Source: Candidatus Woesebacteria bacterium GW2011_GWB1_39_10
Lineage (GTDB): Bacteria; Patescibacteriota; Microgenomatia; UBA8517
Length of the DNA stretch: 64,000 nucleotides
Direction: 5' to 3'
Assembly (NCBI GenBank): GCA_000993205.1
Contig: LBVU01000003.1
Span: 21,820-85,819 of the forward strand
In this document: in pieces, positions 45,015-57,154 of the stretch
How positions within the stretch are numbered: the stretch's first letter is position 1
Layout of the letters: every line of letters begins with the position of its first letter
Made by a program: the position numbers and the translations under genes
Notes under the pieces: model-generated
The model's database searches: none
Told to the model about the DNA's origin: nothing
Seen by the model: only the letters and a program-made list of their open reading frames with translations

Positions 45015-47183
45015 TTATCCCCTTGCCATTGTTATCTTCCCCGCTTTAGCTACAATTAGTGCCGTAATATGAGAAGGAACTTCGTCATAGTGTGAAGGCT
45101 CAACATAGGCGCGGGCTCTGCCTTGCGTCAAGGACCTTAGTTTTGTAGCATAACCGGAAAGCTCCGCAAGAGGAACAACTCCGTAAATTACGGTTTCGCC
45201 GGCTTTTTCTTCACTTCCTGATATTTGGGCGCGCTTACTGGAAAGATCCCCAATAACGTCCCCCATGTATTCACCCGGTGTAAATACTTCAACCTTCATA
45301 ATAGGCTCAAGAAGAGTCGGATCGGAGTGCTTAAAAGCATCCTCCAAGGCCATCGAGCCGGCTATTTTAAATGCCATTTCTGAGGAGTCAACTTCGTGGA
45401 AACTTCCGTCAAATACCACCACTCTCATGTCAACCATGGGAAAACCCGCCATGACGCCATTTTCCATCTTTTCTTTGACACCTTTTTCAATCGGACCTAT
45501 ATACTCCTGAGGAATGGCGCCTCCTTTGATTTCACTTTTATACTCAAATCCTTCTCCGCGACCAAGAGGCTCAAGCCGAAGCAGACAGTGTCCATACTGT
45601 CCGCGACCTCCGGTTTGTCTTATATATTTACCTTCACCTTCACCTATTTTCTTGATAGTTTCTTTATAGGCTACCTGAGGTGCACCTGTGGTTGCTTCGA
45701 CATTGAATTCACGCTTCATGCGGTCTACGAGCACTTCCAATTGCAATTCTCCCATTCCGGAAATAATCGTTTGGCCGGTTTCCGGGTTAGATTTAATCCT
45801 GAATGTGGGATCTTCATCCGAAAGCTTGCTTAGGGCTATTCCCATTTTTTCCTGATCGCTTTTGGTTGCAGGCTCAATGGCCAATGAAATAACAGGCTCG
45901 GGAAAACTGATTGACTCTAAGACTATTGGATGAGCAGACTCACAAATTGTATCCCCGGTTGAAGTTTCTTTTACTCCTACAACAGCTACGATTTCCCCGG
46001 CAAAAGTTTCTTCGATAAGCTCACGCTGATCGGCGTGCAAAAGAACCAGTTTACCAATCCTTTCGTATTTTTGTTTGGTTGAGTTGTAGACTTCCTGTCC
46101 CGATTTAATTGAACCTGAATAAACCCTCATGTAGACAAGGCGGCCTACATGCGGATCGGTCATAACTTTGAATGCCAAAGCGCTCATTGGGGCCTCAGAT
46201 TTTCTTTCTCTTTTTTCCGTCTCACCGGTTTTTGGATTGGTTCCGGTCACAGGGGGAAGATCTATTGGAGATGGTAAGAACTCGATTACTCCATCCAAAA
46301 GTAATTGACTTTCTGCGGTTCTATTGTCTCCTCCGAAAACCGGGAAGAATTTACCGGAAATTACTCCTTTTCGGATTGCCCTTTTAAGGGTATTTGCATC
46401 CGGCTCTTTGCCTTCCAGATATGAATTCAGAGCCTCGTCGTCATATTCGGAAACTTTTTCTATAAGTTCGGCGCGGTATCTGCCGGCCATTTCAACTAGG
46501 TCTGCCGGGATCTCTTCTTCGGTTAACGCATGATCCTCGACCGCCTTGTAAGTTAAGGCCTTCATTGTAATAAGGTTCACCACTCCCCTGTGTTCATGTT
46601 CCTGCCCGATGGGGATTATTACAGGGGATGCATTGGCCTTAAGTCTTTCTCTGATAGATTTTATTGAACCTTCAAAATCGGCGCCAATCAGATTTAATTT
46701 ATTTAGAACGCAGATTCTGGGAACATTATATTTGTCTGCCTGTCTCCAAACCGTTTCGGATTGGGATTCAACTCCGGTTCTACCATCAAAGACCATAAGG
46801 GCGCCGTCCAAAACTCGGAGAGAACGTTCTACCTCTGCTGTGAAATCGATATGTCCCGGTGTGTCGATTAAATTTATGCGGTAGTGGCCGGCTTCAACTG
46901 AAGTGGTGGTTTTTAGATCCCAGAAAGCGGTGATTGCGGCAGAAACGATTGTTATTCCTCGCTCGCGTTCCTGGGCCATCCAGTCTGTTACAGTCGTACC
47001 TTCGTCAACTGAACCTTGTTTATAAGTCCTGCCTGTTTCAAACAAAAGTCTTTCTGTAGTTGTAGTTTTACCGGCATCGATATGGGCAATAATGCCGATG
47101 TTTCTGATTTTTTCATAGGAAACATTGCGATCTTTTGTCGCAGTCATTACTATCGCCGCTTTTTTCTTTGCAACCTCAGCCAT
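45015..47183 (-). CDS. fusA: elongation factor G
   Basis: AHIDAGKTT, DTPGH and domains II-V. Confidence 0.95.
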   Translation of the reverse strand: MAEVAKKKAAIVMTATKDRNVSYEKIRNIGIIAHIDAGKTTTTERLLFETGRTYKQGSVDEGTTVTDWMAQERERGITIVSAAITAFWDLKTTTSVEAGHYRINLIDTPGHIDFTAEVERSLRVLDGALMVFDGRTGVESQSETVWRQADKYNVPRICVLNKLNLIGADFEGSIKSIRERLKANASPVIIPIGQEHEHRGVVNLITMKALTYKAVEDHALTEEEIPADLVEMAGRYRAELIEKVSEYDDEALNSYLEGKEPDANTLKRAIRKGVISGKFFPVFGGDNRTAESQLLLDGVIEFLPSPIDLPPVTGTNPKTGETEKRERKSEAPMSALAFKVMTDPHVGRLVYMRVYSGSIKSGQEVYNSTKQKYERIGKLVLLHADQRELIEETFAGEIVAVVGVKETSTGDTICESAHPIVLESISFPEPVISLAIEPATKSDQEKMGIALSKLSDEDPTFRIKSNPETGQTIISGMGELQLEVLVDRMKREFNVEATTGAPQVAYKETIKKIGEGEGKYIRQTGGRGQYGHCLLRLEPLGRGEGFEYKSEIKGGAIPQEYIGPIEKGVKEKMENGVMAGFPMVDMRVVVFDGSFHEVDSSEMAFKIAGSMALEDAFKHSDPTLLEPIMKVEVFTPGEYMGDVIGDLSSKRAQISGSEEKAGETVIYGVVPLAELSGYATKLRSLTQGRARAYVEPSHYDEVPSHITALIVAKAGKITMARG

Positions 47184-47369
47184 ATTTTAGAGCCTAGATA
47201 CTAGATATTAGATACTAAGAGTTATTTCAAACCCTCATTATATTCGGGTTTGAGCGAACCATCGAACTCATATAACTGTCTGAAGACAATTATAGGAGAA
47301 CAAAAAACAAACTTCCAATCGGAAGCAAGAGTGATTTTAACAGTGACCAAGCTTTAAATCAATGTCCTA

Positions 47370-47398
47370 TTGACAAGATTTGGAAGTTGGTTTAAATT
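47370..47398 (+). promoter_or_regulatory. promoter TTGACA-N17-TAAATT, 9 nt upstream of ATG 47408
   Basis: Seen in the sequence. Confidence 0.45.
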
Positions 47399-47407
47399 CC
47401 CAATAAG

Positions 47408-47974
47408 ATGCCGTCTACTGAAAGAGTCGAAACCGGTCCAAAACATATAGATTTTCACAATTTTATTGTAACTCAAATACTTCATTTGGGAATTATAAAA
47501 GGATTCCCGCCCCATCATTTACAACTCGGCTCTACAATTGAAAAAGAGAGAGAAAATGGAACAATGGTACAAGAGATAATTCCTTATGTTTTGGGTACCA
47601 TCAAGCAAACGGATTTGAGGGCGGCGTACGGACATGACTTCTTGCTCCACAACCCTCATGATGAAACCGAAAAGGTTTCTTATCTTGTCCGGACGGCTCG
47701 GATGTTTGGCGCCGACGGTGAGGCTACATATAATGTAGCAGTCTGCAGAATTCCATCCCCACATAAGTTCGAAAACAAAAAGACGTGGGTTACAGAAACG
47801 GTAAACAATACTATAAACCCTTATTTAAGCCAAATGGGGTTTGAATCCGAAAAAACGGAATTCCCCACTATATTGATTTCAATGCACGATCAATCATTAA
47901 CGGTTAGTTACAAAGGGGAGCTGGATGAGTTTTTGGGGGAGATTTACTCTTCTTTCCCCGACGAATCGGAGTAA
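47408..47974 (+). CDS. hypothetical protein on the opposite strand between fusA and rpsG
   Basis: Leaderless-type promoter. Confidence 0.5.
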   Translation: MPSTERVETGPKHIDFHNFIVTQILHLGIIKGFPPHHLQLGSTIEKERENGTMVQEIIPYVLGTIKQTDLRAAYGHDFLLHNPHDETEKVSYLVRTARMFGADGEATYNVAVCRIPSPHKFENKKTWVTETVNNTINPYLSQMGFESEKTEFPTILISMHDQSLTVSYKGELDEFLGEIYSSFPDESE

Positions 47975-47975
47975 T

Positions 47976-48455
47976 TTACCACCTGAAGTGACTGAATGCT
48001 TTATTTGCTTCTGCAACTTTTTCTACATCTGTCCTCTTTTTAACAGAGACTCCCTCGCCTTTGGCTGCATCCATAATTTCTGATGCTAACTTGTCCGCAT
48101 AGGTGTGGAATTCTGTGTTTGATTTGGAATTTGCGGCGGCAACAAGCCATCTAATTCCAAGGGATTCGCGTCTTGGGCCACGGACTTGTTGGGGCACCTG
48201 ATAAGCCGCTCCACCGACACGGCGAGGGCGAACCTCCATGGTCGGTTTGATATTTTCCATGGCGCGGTCAAAAATAATGACGGGGTCTTCACCTGATTTT
48301 TCCCTAATAAGCTCCATTGCACCATAAACTTCTCTACGGGAAACGGATTTCTTGCCATCCTTCATACTCCTGTTTATTAATTTTGTCAGCAAACGGCTCC
48401 CGTAAATCGGATCAACATCTGCTATTTTTAACTTTATTTGTCCTTTTCTTGCCAT
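47976..48455 (-). CDS. rpsG: 30S ribosomal protein S7
   Basis: Family conservation. Confidence 0.9.
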   Translation of the reverse strand: MARKGQIKLKIADVDPIYGSRLLTKLINRSMKDGKKSVSRREVYGAMELIREKSGEDPVIIFDRAMENIKPTMEVRPRRVGGAAYQVPQQVRGPRRESLGIRWLVAAANSKSNTEFHTYADKLASEIMDAAKGEGVSVKKRTDVEKVAEANKAFSHFRW

Positions 48456-48464
48456 TTTTTTATA

Positions 48465-48911
48465 TTACGCTGCCGGCGCCGGTTTTGCTCCAACTTTAAC
48501 CTGTCCGCTTTTCTTGGCGCCATACTTACTCCTACTGGTCACCCGTCCTGTTACACCCGTCGTATCAAATTTACCTCGGACTATGTGATATTTTACTCCC
48601 CCTAAATCTTTTACACGCCCGCCGCGGACTAAAACAATTGAATGTTCGGCAAGCTCGTGGCCTTCTCCGGGAATATACGCCGTAATTTCCTGTTTATTTG
48701 ACAGACGGACGCGGGCAACCTTTCGAAGTGCTGAGTTTGGCTTTCTGGGAGTCATTGTTCGAACCGCAAGAACCACCCCTCTTTTAAAAGACGAGGACGA
48801 TTCTTTGAAAGTTCTATCCTTTGCGTTAAACCATCGCTTAAGAGAAGTTGTCTTAACTTTCTTGATGTTTCTTTTTCTCCCCTTCCTTGTTAATTGATTT
48901 ATCGTTGGCAT
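48465..48911 (-). CDS. rpsL: 30S ribosomal protein S12
   Basis: Family conservation. Confidence 0.9.
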   Translation of the reverse strand: MPTINQLTRKGRKRNIKKVKTTSLKRWFNAKDRTFKESSSSFKRGVVLAVRTMTPRKPNSALRKVARVRLSNKQEITAYIPGEGHELAEHSIVLVRGGRVKDLGGVKYHIVRGKFDTTGVTGRVTSRSKYGAKKSGQVKVGAKPAPAA

Positions 48912-48912
48912 A

Positions 48913-51900
48913 TTAATTATTTTGAGACATCATTGCCCGTTCCACACTCACCGGAATTAATCTTCCGATTATAACGTTCTCTTTAAGCCCGATAAGTTTG
49001 TCTTCGCGTCCCAAAAGCGAGGCCTCGGTTAGAACATCTGTGGTCTGTTCAAAAGATGCCGCAGACAACCAGCTTTCAGTGTAAAGAGCGCGACGGGTAA
49101 TTCCTAAAACTACTTGCTGGGCGCTTGCGGGTTCCCCCCCTGCCGCTAAAACTTTTTCATTTTCCTCTTCGAACGAGGCGCGACTTGTAAGTTCCCCCGG
49201 AAGAAATGGAGTGTCCCCGGTGGTAACAATTCTAACTTCGTCGCTCATCTTCCTGACAATAACCTCAAAATGTTTATCGTTTATCGGAATTCCCTGAGAT
49301 TCGTAAACTTTTTGAATTTCATGTACTAAATATTCCTGAGCCGCCCTAAGCCCCCTGATTGAAAGAATGTCTTTTATATCCAATGGACCTTTTGCAAGAG
49401 CAGCCCCTGCTTCAATCAATTGCCCGTCTTCTACTGCAAGTTGCAAAGTCTTGGGAATAATATATTCCTTTTCTTCTTTAGGAGTACCTTTTGATACAAT
49501 TGTAACTTTCCAACCCTCTTCGCTTTCACCGACGCGTACTTTTCCATTGATTTCAGAAAGAGCCGAAACAACTTTAGGAATACGGGACTCAACCAGCTCT
49601 TCCACCCTCGGAAGTCCTTGGGTAACGTCGATTCCGACAACTCCTGCCGCATGCTTGGTACGAAGTGTAAGTTGAGTTCCCGGTTCTCCGATAGATTGAG
49701 CCGCGACTACCCCAACCGGCATACCAATATCCACAAGCTTCTTGGTACTTATGTCCCAACCATAACATTTCTGACAGATGCCGTATCTGGCTTTACAAGT
49801 AAGGGCTGACCTGACCTCGACCGTAGAGACCCCGTTTTCATCAATTTTCTTGGCTTTTTCTTCATCAATTAAGTCCCCGCCGGATACCAAAACCGTTTTA
49901 TTGTTTTTGCCTAGAATGTCCTTTGCTGCAATTCTTCCCAAAATTCTGGCGTAAAAAGCTTGTGTACGCACATCCTTCATTATTGTATAGCCATCTTTAG
50001 CCCCACAATCCTCAAGTCTAACCAAAACGTCGTGAGCTACGTCAACCAAACGCCTTGTTAAGTATCCCGCGTCAGCTGTCTTGATGGCGGTGTCTGTTAG
50101 TCCTTTTCTTGATCCACGGCTTGAGGTTACGTATTCGAAAATGGAAAGCCCTTCTCTAAAGTTGGACTTAATCGGAAGGTCAACTATTTTTCCAAGTGGA
50201 TCGACAACTAACCCTCTAATGGCTGCCAGCTGCTTGACCTGATCACGGGACGCACGTCCGACTTTGGCGTCAATAACAACACGAATCGGATTTGTGGGTT
50301 CCAAAAGGGCCCATGTTTTATCAGCGAGATCTTCGCTGGTTTCTATCCATACCTCCTGTGTCAGACGCCTCTTTTCCTCTGCTGTAATAAGACCCTCTGC
50401 GAAGTTGTCCTCAATTTCGGAAACTCTTTTATCCGCCGCCCCAAGCACATCTGCCTTGCCCGGATAAACTTTGGCATCAAATATCCCAAACGAAATTCCG
50501 GAAATTGTTCCGCCAAAGAATCCCAAATCCTTAATATCGTCAACCATTTGTACCACTCTTTCTTTAGAAACTGTTGCATAGGCTTTCACAAAAAGGCTTT
50601 TAATTGCAGAGGAAGTTGCGGCCTCGTTAAAGAACTCAAAATTTTCAGGAAGAACCTCATTAAGAAGGAGCCTCCCGGGGGTGGTGTCAATCATTTTATC
50701 CCCAATCCTGACTGTTATTTTCTGTCTCACTTCAATCATTCCCGCTTGATAGGCATAAACTGCTTCGTCTTTATCGCCAAAAATTGTTTGGCTCACGGGG
50801 ATTCTGTCGTCTTCACTCGTCAAGTAATAGGCCCCTAGAGCAATCTCCTTACTCGAAGGAGTAGCTACAGGAGACCCGTCGGAAGGACGCAAAAGATTGT
50901 TGGACGGAAGCATTAAGGTTCTGGCCTCTTCAATTGCTTTCTCTGAAAGAGGAACGTGAACTGCCATTTGATCTCCGTCAAAATCAGCGTTAAATCCGGC
51001 ACAAACTGCCGGATGGAGCCTTATAGCACTACCCTCAATAAGGACAGGGTAAAAAGCTTGAATAGAAAGCTTGTGCAAGGTTGGGGCACGGTTAAGAAGA
51101 ACTGGATGATTTTTTGTAATCTCCTCCAAAATATCAAAAACTTCGGGGGGGCGCCTATCAAGCATATTTTTTGCGCTTTTAACGTTTGGTGCAATTCCTC
51201 TGGCAATCATTTCCCTTAATACAAAGGGCTTGAACATCTCAAGCGCCATATCTTTAGGAAGTCCACACTGAGTAAGTTTAAGTTCGGGGCCTACAATAAT
51301 AACACTTCGGCCCGAATAGTCGACCCTTTTACCCAAAAGGTTCTGTCTAAATCTTCCCTGCTTTCCACGAAGCATATCACTCAGTGACCTTAGTGGTTGT
51401 CTACCACGCGACTTTCTGGTGGCTTTTCTTTGAGATGCGTCAATTAACGAGTCGACGGCTTCTTGAAGCATTCTTTTTTCATTTCTCAAAATTATCTCGG
51501 GGGCGCCGAGTCCAATTAAATGTTTAAGTCTGTTATTTCTATTGATTACCCTTCTATAAAGATCGTTGAGATCGCTTGTAGCAAAGCGTCCACCGGAAAG
51601 TTGAACCATGGGTCTTAAGTCCGGGGGAAGCACCGGCAAAACCTTAAGAACCATCCAGGACGGATTAACTTTGGCACGTCTAAGTCCATCGACAAGCTTG
51701 AGCCTTTTAACTAATTTTACATACTTAGAACTACCGCTTTTGATTAAATTAATCTCTTCACGAAGTGTCTTTGTTATTTCTTCCAGATTGATTTTTTCGA
51801 TAGCAGAAAGAACTGCGTCTGCTCCCATCTTGGCGGTAAAAAACCCAGAAGCATCGTGTGCATAAAGTTCATCATATTCTTCCTCGCTTAGAATACTTAA

Positions 51901-52635
51901 AGTTTTTAAACTTTTTATTACAGACGAAAGATTGTCAAAAAGTTGCTCGGTTTTTACAACAGTTCCCTTTTCTTCTTCACTGATCGCAGTCTCTTTCTTT
52001 CGAAGATTGAGTTCGATCTCAGAAACGGCCAGGGAAGCTTGTTCTTTGTCTTTAATTTTGTTCGCAATTTTTTCCTTGGCCTCTTTTTCCTCAACCTTTA
52101 AAGCGTCGTGCCTAGATTTAAAATCTTCAACGATTTCACCAAGTCTCGCATTTTTAGCTTTTTCAATATTTGCAATTGCGTCTTTTCGCTTTGCTTCGTC
52201 TACCTCTGTAACCAGATATCTTGCAAAATAGACTACTTGTTCAACTCCTCTGGGAGCAACTCCCAAAAGAAGCGATATTTTACTAGGCGCTCCTTTGAAA
52301 AACCAAACGTGAGCCACGGGAGATGCCAAAGTAATATGACCCATTCTTTCACGCCTGACCCTGGATTGGGTGATTTCGACCCCACATTTGTCGCAAATAA
52401 CACCCTTATACCTAATTCTTTTATACTTTCCGCAATAACATTCCCAATCCTTGGTGGGACCGAAGATTCTTTCATCAAAAAGGCCGTCTTTTTCGGGTTT
52501 TAAAGTTCGATAATTAATTGTCTCTGGTTTGGTAATTTCTCCACGAGACCAAGCTCTGATTTCGTCGGGCGACGCAAATCTTATTAATAAGCTTTTAAAA
52601 TCCGCTAAATTTTTTAGATCAGCTAATTGTTCCAT
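48913..52635 (-). CDS. rpoC: DNA-directed RNA polymerase subunit beta'
   Basis: Zn-finger CxxC...CxxC, NADFDGD active site, 1240 aa. Confidence 0.95.
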   Translation of the reverse strand: MEQLADLKNLADFKSLLIRFASPDEIRAWSRGEITKPETINYRTLKPEKDGLFDERIFGPTKDWECYCGKYKRIRYKGVICDKCGVEITQSRVRRERMGHITLASPVAHVWFFKGAPSKISLLLGVAPRGVEQVVYFARYLVTEVDEAKRKDAIANIEKAKNARLGEIVEDFKSRHDALKVEEKEAKEKIANKIKDKEQASLAVSEIELNLRKKETAISEEEKGTVVKTEQLFDNLSSVIKSLKTLSILSEEEYDELYAHDASGFFTAKMGADAVLSAIEKINLEEITKTLREEINLIKSGSSKYVKLVKRLKLVDGLRRAKVNPSWMVLKVLPVLPPDLRPMVQLSGGRFATSDLNDLYRRVINRNNRLKHLIGLGAPEIILRNEKRMLQEAVDSLIDASQRKATRKSRGRQPLRSLSDMLRGKQGRFRQNLLGKRVDYSGRSVIIVGPELKLTQCGLPKDMALEMFKPFVLREMIARGIAPNVKSAKNMLDRRPPEVFDILEEITKNHPVLLNRAPTLHKLSIQAFYPVLIEGSAIRLHPAVCAGFNADFDGDQMAVHVPLSEKAIEEARTLMLPSNNLLRPSDGSPVATPSSKEIALGAYYLTSEDDRIPVSQTIFGDKDEAVYAYQAGMIEVRQKITVRIGDKMIDTTPGRLLLNEVLPENFEFFNEAATSSAIKSLFVKAYATVSKERVVQMVDDIKDLGFFGGTISGISFGIFDAKVYPGKADVLGAADKRVSEIEDNFAEGLITAEEKRRLTQEVWIETSEDLADKTWALLEPTNPIRVVIDAKVGRASRDQVKQLAAIRGLVVDPLGKIVDLPIKSNFREGLSIFEYVTSSRGSRKGLTDTAIKTADAGYLTRRLVDVAHDVLVRLEDCGAKDGYTIMKDVRTQAFYARILGRIAAKDILGKNNKTVLVSGGDLIDEEKAKKIDENGVSTVEVRSALTCKARYGICQKCYGWDISTKKLVDIGMPVGVVAAQSIGEPGTQLTLRTKHAAGVVGIDVTQGLPRVEELVESRIPKVVSALSEINGKVRVGESEEGWKVTIVSKGTPKEEKEYIIPKTLQLAVEDGQLIEAGAALAKGPLDIKDILSIRGLRAAQEYLVHEIQKVYESQGIPINDKHFEVIVRKMSDEVRIVTTGDTPFLPGELTSRASFEEENEKVLAAGGEPASAQQVVLGITRRALYTESWLSAASFEQTTDVLTEASLLGREDKLIGLKENVIIGRLIPVSVERAMMSQNN

Positions 52636-52647
52636 AAGTGTTTGATT

Positions 52648-55600
52648 TTAAACTATAACCTCCTCGACTTCCATTGGTCCTTTATCAGCGGTTAATTCAT
52701 CTGTTGCCACTATTTCAGCCCCAGCGGCCTTTGCAAGTTCTAAGCCATCTTCACCTAAATTGTCGTCAGTTAAAGCAAGGCTTACCCCTTTAGGGTCAAC
52801 CGCCAAACTTAAGGAGTTAAGTTCACGAACAAGCACTTTGAAAGATTCAGGAATTGTAGATTCCGGAATCTCCACACCCTTAACTATTGCCTCAAAAGCT
52901 TTGGCACGTCCCAGTACGTCATCGGACTTAATAGTAAGCATTTCCTGTAATGTGTGACTCGCACGATGTGCCTCAAGTGCCCAAACCTCCATCTCTCCCA
53001 AACGTTGACCGCCCATTTGGGCTTTTCCTCCAAGGGGTTGTTGTGTAACAAGTGAGTACGGACCAGTAGATCTGGCATGAGTTTTATCCTCCACCATGTG
53101 AATCAACTTCATAATGTAACCAATCCCCACGACCGTATCTTCCTTAAAAGCCTCACCAGTCCTTCCGTCGTAAAGTCGGGATTTACCGTTTACAGAAAGA
53201 CCTGCGCTTTCCAGTTCTTGAGCAATAACATCTCCCCCAATTTTGTCAAAAACAGGGAGGGCGGCTTTCTCGCCTTTTTTATATAAGGCCCAACCAAGAT
53301 GTGTCTCCATTAGTTGCCCAAGATTCATACGCGAAATAACAGAAAGGGGAGAAATAACCACATCAACTGGAGTTCCATCAGCAAGATGGGGCATGTCGGC
53401 AACCGGCATCATCTTGGCAACAACTCCCTTATTACCGTGACGTCCGGCAATTTTGTCTCCGACTGTAATTTTCCTAATTTGAGCGACTCTAACTATTACC
53501 TTCTGGATTACTCCCGGTCCTAACTCGTCGCCCTTGTCTCTGTCAAGTGTTTGAACATCGACTATAATTCCCTTTTCTCCATGAGGGACTCTTAAGGAAG
53601 TATCGCGAACTTCACGGGCTTTTTCTCCAAAAATTGCCCTAAGAAGTCTTTCTTCCGAAGTAAGTTCTGTTTCGCCCTTAGGGGCAATTTTCCCGACCAA
53701 AATATCGTTCGGCCCCACCTCGGCCCCGATCATCACTATTCCATCACCTGCAAGATTGGCTAGTTCGGACTCGGAAACATTTGGTATATCGCTTGTAATT
53801 TCCTCGGGTCCAAGTTTTGTATCAACCACTTCTGCTTCATATTCTTCAATGTGAATTGAAGTCAAAAGATCTTCCTTGACAAGTCTTTCTGAAATCAAAA
53901 TAGCATCCTCAAAGCCATATCCACCGAAGTTTGCGTAGGCAACTATCAAGTTGCGTCCCAACCCAAGCTCACCGTCTTGGCTTGCCGGACCGTCAACCAA
54001 TAGATCTCCTGCTTCTACTTTTTGACCTGGAACGGCGCGTGCAATTTGATTGTATGCAGTCGAATGTGCGGTACGTTTAAACTTGGTCAAATGATAAATC
54101 TCCTTCTTACCTCCTTCGACGATCTCGACATCCTCTACATCGACCGTAGCATCTACCTCAGCTTTTTTGTCGAGCTTAACAACAACCTTTTCCCCATCAA
54201 TATATTCAACAACTCCAGCATGTTTTGCACGAATAACTCTTTGCATTCCCTCAGATATAGTTCTTTCCATACCAGTACCAACTATCGGAGACTCGGGGTT
54301 GACCAAAGGAACACTCTGACATTGCATGTTGCTTCCCATAAGGGCGCGGTTACCTTCGTCATTTGCCAAAAAGGGAATGAGGGAGGCGGAGGCTCCAACA
54401 ACTTCTCTCGGGGTGATGTCAATATACTCAACCAACTCGGCCGCTCCCTCTATAAACTTGCCCATGTATCTTAAAGGGACTCTACTATCGGTAATAAACC
54501 CATCTTTATCAACGCTTACTCCAGAATGAGTTATATATTTGTCTTCTTCGTCATCCGCAGTAAGATACACAATTTCGTCGGTTACTCTTACTTTTTTACC
54601 AACCTTTTCTACTTTTCTATATGGGGCTTGAATAAAACCAAACTCATCCACTTTAGCGTACAATGCCAAGTAGGTCACAAGTCCAATGTTTGGTCCTTCA
54701 GGCGACCTTACAGGATCGATTCGGCCGTATTGTGAAGCATTGACGTCGCGGATAGAAAAGCTCGCGCGCTCACGGTTGATTCCCCCGGTTCCCAGAACCG
54801 ATACACGTCTAAGATTGTCTACCTCACTTAGAGGGTTTGTGTCATCCAAAATTGTTGAAAGCTGGTTGCTTCTAAAGAATTCATTAAGAGAGGCAATCAG
54901 GGGACGGGCATTAATAAGATTTGCTGGGAGTGGTTTGTCATCCGGAGAAATCAAACTCATTTTTTCCTTGACGCTTCGCTCAAGTCTTAATAAACCAACA
55001 CGAAAAGCGTTGACTGCAACAAGCTCTCCGACACGCCTGAGCCTGCGATTGCTTAAATGATCAATATCGTCGAGTTTGCCTACTCCGTTTTGAAGTCCAA
55101 TAAGATAATTTATTGCCGCCACTACGTCCTGTTTAGTCAAAACCCAAGTCGATTTGTCGTTAGGAAGGTTGACTCCCAAGCGCTTATTAATTTTAAATCT
55201 TCCGACCTTTCCTAGGTCATACCTCCTACCGTCGGTAAACAATGTCTGGAAAAGAGTTTCCGCATTTTCTAAAACCGTCGGTTCTCCGGGTCTCATTTTT
55301 CTATAAACTTCAATCAAGGCCTCTTCTCTAGTTTTGGTTGAATCTTTAGCTAGAGTTGCTGCAATATATTTATGATCGGCGTTTTTATCCATCGCGCTAA
55401 AAGCGTTGGCAATATCCTGATCGGATTCAACACCAATCGCTCTCAAAAAAACCGTGGCTAAAACTTTTCTCCTACGGTCGATCCTTGCGTAAATTAAATC
55501 CCCCCTGGTAACTTCAAATTCAAGCCAGCTGCCGTGAAGAGGTCTAATTTCCGCTTTGTATAATACTCTGCCGCTTGAAGGGTCCAACTCTCCCGAAAAA

Positions 55601-56016
55601 TAGGCTCCTGAGGATCTAACAATTTGATTAATAACGGCGCGTTCAATTCCATTAACAATAAAGGTACCACGGGTTGTCATTTGGGGAATGTCGCCCAAAA
55701 ATACATCCTGGGTTACTTCTTTTCCTGTCTTTTTATTTACAAGGGTGGCGCGGATCTTTAGGGGACATGCATAAGTTATTCCTTTTTTCTGCGCTGTCAT
55801 GGGGGAAACTGTTGGGGCACCTAAGGAGTGATTACCTAGCGAGAGTTGCCAATTTTTGCCGGTAAAGTCGTCAATTGGCGAGACTTGAATTAGTTCTTCT
55901 TTAATACCTTCACCTAAAAATAATTGCCAACTTTCTGTTTGTACTTCAGATAGATTAATTTCTGGTAGGTTTTTTTCATCCTTGCCGAAATTGCGGCGAA
56001 TATTTTTTGACGTCAT
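52648..56016 (-). CDS. rpoB: DNA-directed RNA polymerase subunit beta
   Basis: 1122 aa, conserved beta-subunit blocks. Confidence 0.95.
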   Translation of the reverse strand: MTSKNIRRNFGKDEKNLPEINLSEVQTESWQLFLGEGIKEELIQVSPIDDFTGKNWQLSLGNHSLGAPTVSPMTAQKKGITYACPLKIRATLVNKKTGKEVTQDVFLGDIPQMTTRGTFIVNGIERAVINQIVRSSGAYFSGELDPSSGRVLYKAEIRPLHGSWLEFEVTRGDLIYARIDRRRKVLATVFLRAIGVESDQDIANAFSAMDKNADHKYIAATLAKDSTKTREEALIEVYRKMRPGEPTVLENAETLFQTLFTDGRRYDLGKVGRFKINKRLGVNLPNDKSTWVLTKQDVVAAINYLIGLQNGVGKLDDIDHLSNRRLRRVGELVAVNAFRVGLLRLERSVKEKMSLISPDDKPLPANLINARPLIASLNEFFRSNQLSTILDDTNPLSEVDNLRRVSVLGTGGINRERASFSIRDVNASQYGRIDPVRSPEGPNIGLVTYLALYAKVDEFGFIQAPYRKVEKVGKKVRVTDEIVYLTADDEEDKYITHSGVSVDKDGFITDSRVPLRYMGKFIEGAAELVEYIDITPREVVGASASLIPFLANDEGNRALMGSNMQCQSVPLVNPESPIVGTGMERTISEGMQRVIRAKHAGVVEYIDGEKVVVKLDKKAEVDATVDVEDVEIVEGGKKEIYHLTKFKRTAHSTAYNQIARAVPGQKVEAGDLLVDGPASQDGELGLGRNLIVAYANFGGYGFEDAILISERLVKEDLLTSIHIEEYEAEVVDTKLGPEEITSDIPNVSESELANLAGDGIVMIGAEVGPNDILVGKIAPKGETELTSEERLLRAIFGEKAREVRDTSLRVPHGEKGIIVDVQTLDRDKGDELGPGVIQKVIVRVAQIRKITVGDKIAGRHGNKGVVAKMMPVADMPHLADGTPVDVVISPLSVISRMNLGQLMETHLGWALYKKGEKAALPVFDKIGGDVIAQELESAGLSVNGKSRLYDGRTGEAFKEDTVVGIGYIMKLIHMVEDKTHARSTGPYSLVTQQPLGGKAQMGGQRLGEMEVWALEAHRASHTLQEMLTIKSDDVLGRAKAFEAIVKGVEIPESTIPESFKVLVRELNSLSLAVDPKGVSLALTDDNLGEDGLELAKAAGAEIVATDELTADKGPMEVEEVIV

Positions 56017-56106
56017 TTTTGTGGGTAATTTTTGCTTTTAAAACACTAAAGGCCCGTCACAAGATAGACACGGGTCGTGCGTACCATCTATGTACGCCTA
56101 GGGAGG

Positions 56107-56134
56107 ATTATAACTATATTTGAGGCTATGTCAA
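56107..56134 (-). promoter_or_regulatory. consensus promoter TTGACA-N16-TATAAT with an about 85-nt structured leader for rpoB
   Basis: Both hexamers are exact. Confidence 0.55.
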
Positions 56135-56148
56135 GGGGGAATATAGAC

Positions 56149-57129
56149 CTATTTCCCTAAATATTTAGCAACGTTTGCGTTATGCTCTTGAAGTGTTCTT
56201 GCATAGTGAATCACTCCACTTGTATCGTGTATATAGTACCAATGGTCTGTTTGGGTGGGATTAAAGGCCGCTGTGAGGGAAGAAATTCCCGGACTTGCGA
56301 TCGGAGCGGGAGGAAGTCCTGTAAATTTATAGGTATTAAAAGGTGAGTCAATTGAAAGATCATCCCTCAAAAGAGGTTCCCACCATTTGTCCAGTAATTT
56401 TAAATTATTAATTTTAAATTTTAAATTCGCTACGGCATACTGTAGCGTTGCGTCCACCTGCAAGGGCATTCCCGCCTTAATTCTATTCAACATTATCCCC
56501 GCAACAATTGGCCGCTCTGCACTGGTTTTAGTTTCCCTTTCGATAATTGAGGCCAAAACAATTCTTTGATTAAATGTTAAATCTGCTCCGGCAACGAGGT
56601 CAGATGTTTTGGAATCAAAAGTTCTCGTCATTTTGTTTACAATAGAAGATGCACTTGCGTCTTTGGAAAAAAGATAGGTGTCGGGGAAAAGCGTACCTTC
56701 TTTACCTTTTGAGGATTGCAAGAACTCATTTGTAAAAGTAACATCCCGATCGAGTCCTGTTGTAAACCGCGCGGCAATTTCTTCACGTCTAAGCCCCTCA
56801 GGAATTGTAACCCAAAGCTCGAGTGGTCCACGGGTTAATTGACTGACTATTTGGAATAAAGACATGGAGTTACTTAACCTATATTCACCGGAGAGGATTC
56901 TACTCTCTTGTCCAGCGGATCTCACATAAATTTTAAACGCGAGGGCGCTTTTAATAAATCCGGTCTTTTGAAGATTTGTTCCTATTTGAGAAGCTGATGC
57001 ACCTTTTTGAATCAAGAAATTTTTAAAAGTTTTATTGGTGCCAGCCGGTTGAACACTAACATAAAACCAGATTATAACCGCTGATACGAGTAAGATTAGG
57101 GCCAGGGGTAAAAAAAATAACTTCTTCAT
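56149..57129 (-). CDS. mltG: endolytic murein transglycosylase MltG (YceG-like)
   Basis: N-terminal TM helix and a YceG domain. Confidence 0.75.
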   Translation of the reverse strand: MKKLFFLPLALILLVSAVIIWFYVSVQPAGTNKTFKNFLIQKGASASQIGTNLQKTGFIKSALAFKIYVRSAGQESRILSGEYRLSNSMSLFQIVSQLTRGPLELWVTIPEGLRREEIAARFTTGLDRDVTFTNEFLQSSKGKEGTLFPDTYLFSKDASASSIVNKMTRTFDSKTSDLVAGADLTFNQRIVLASIIERETKTSAERPIVAGIMLNRIKAGMPLQVDATLQYAVANLKFKINNLKLLDKWWEPLLRDDLSIDSPFNTYKFTGLPPAPIASPGISSLTAAFNPTQTDHWYYIHDTSGVIHYARTLQEHNANVAKYLGK

Positions 57130-57154
57130 GAAGGTTTAGTATACCAAATTTTAC

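Noticed and set aside
49367-52503. Numerous 60-130-aa ORFs on the plus strand inside rpoC/rpoB, and similar ones elsewhere
   Set aside because: Antisense to long conserved genes. No independent evidence.
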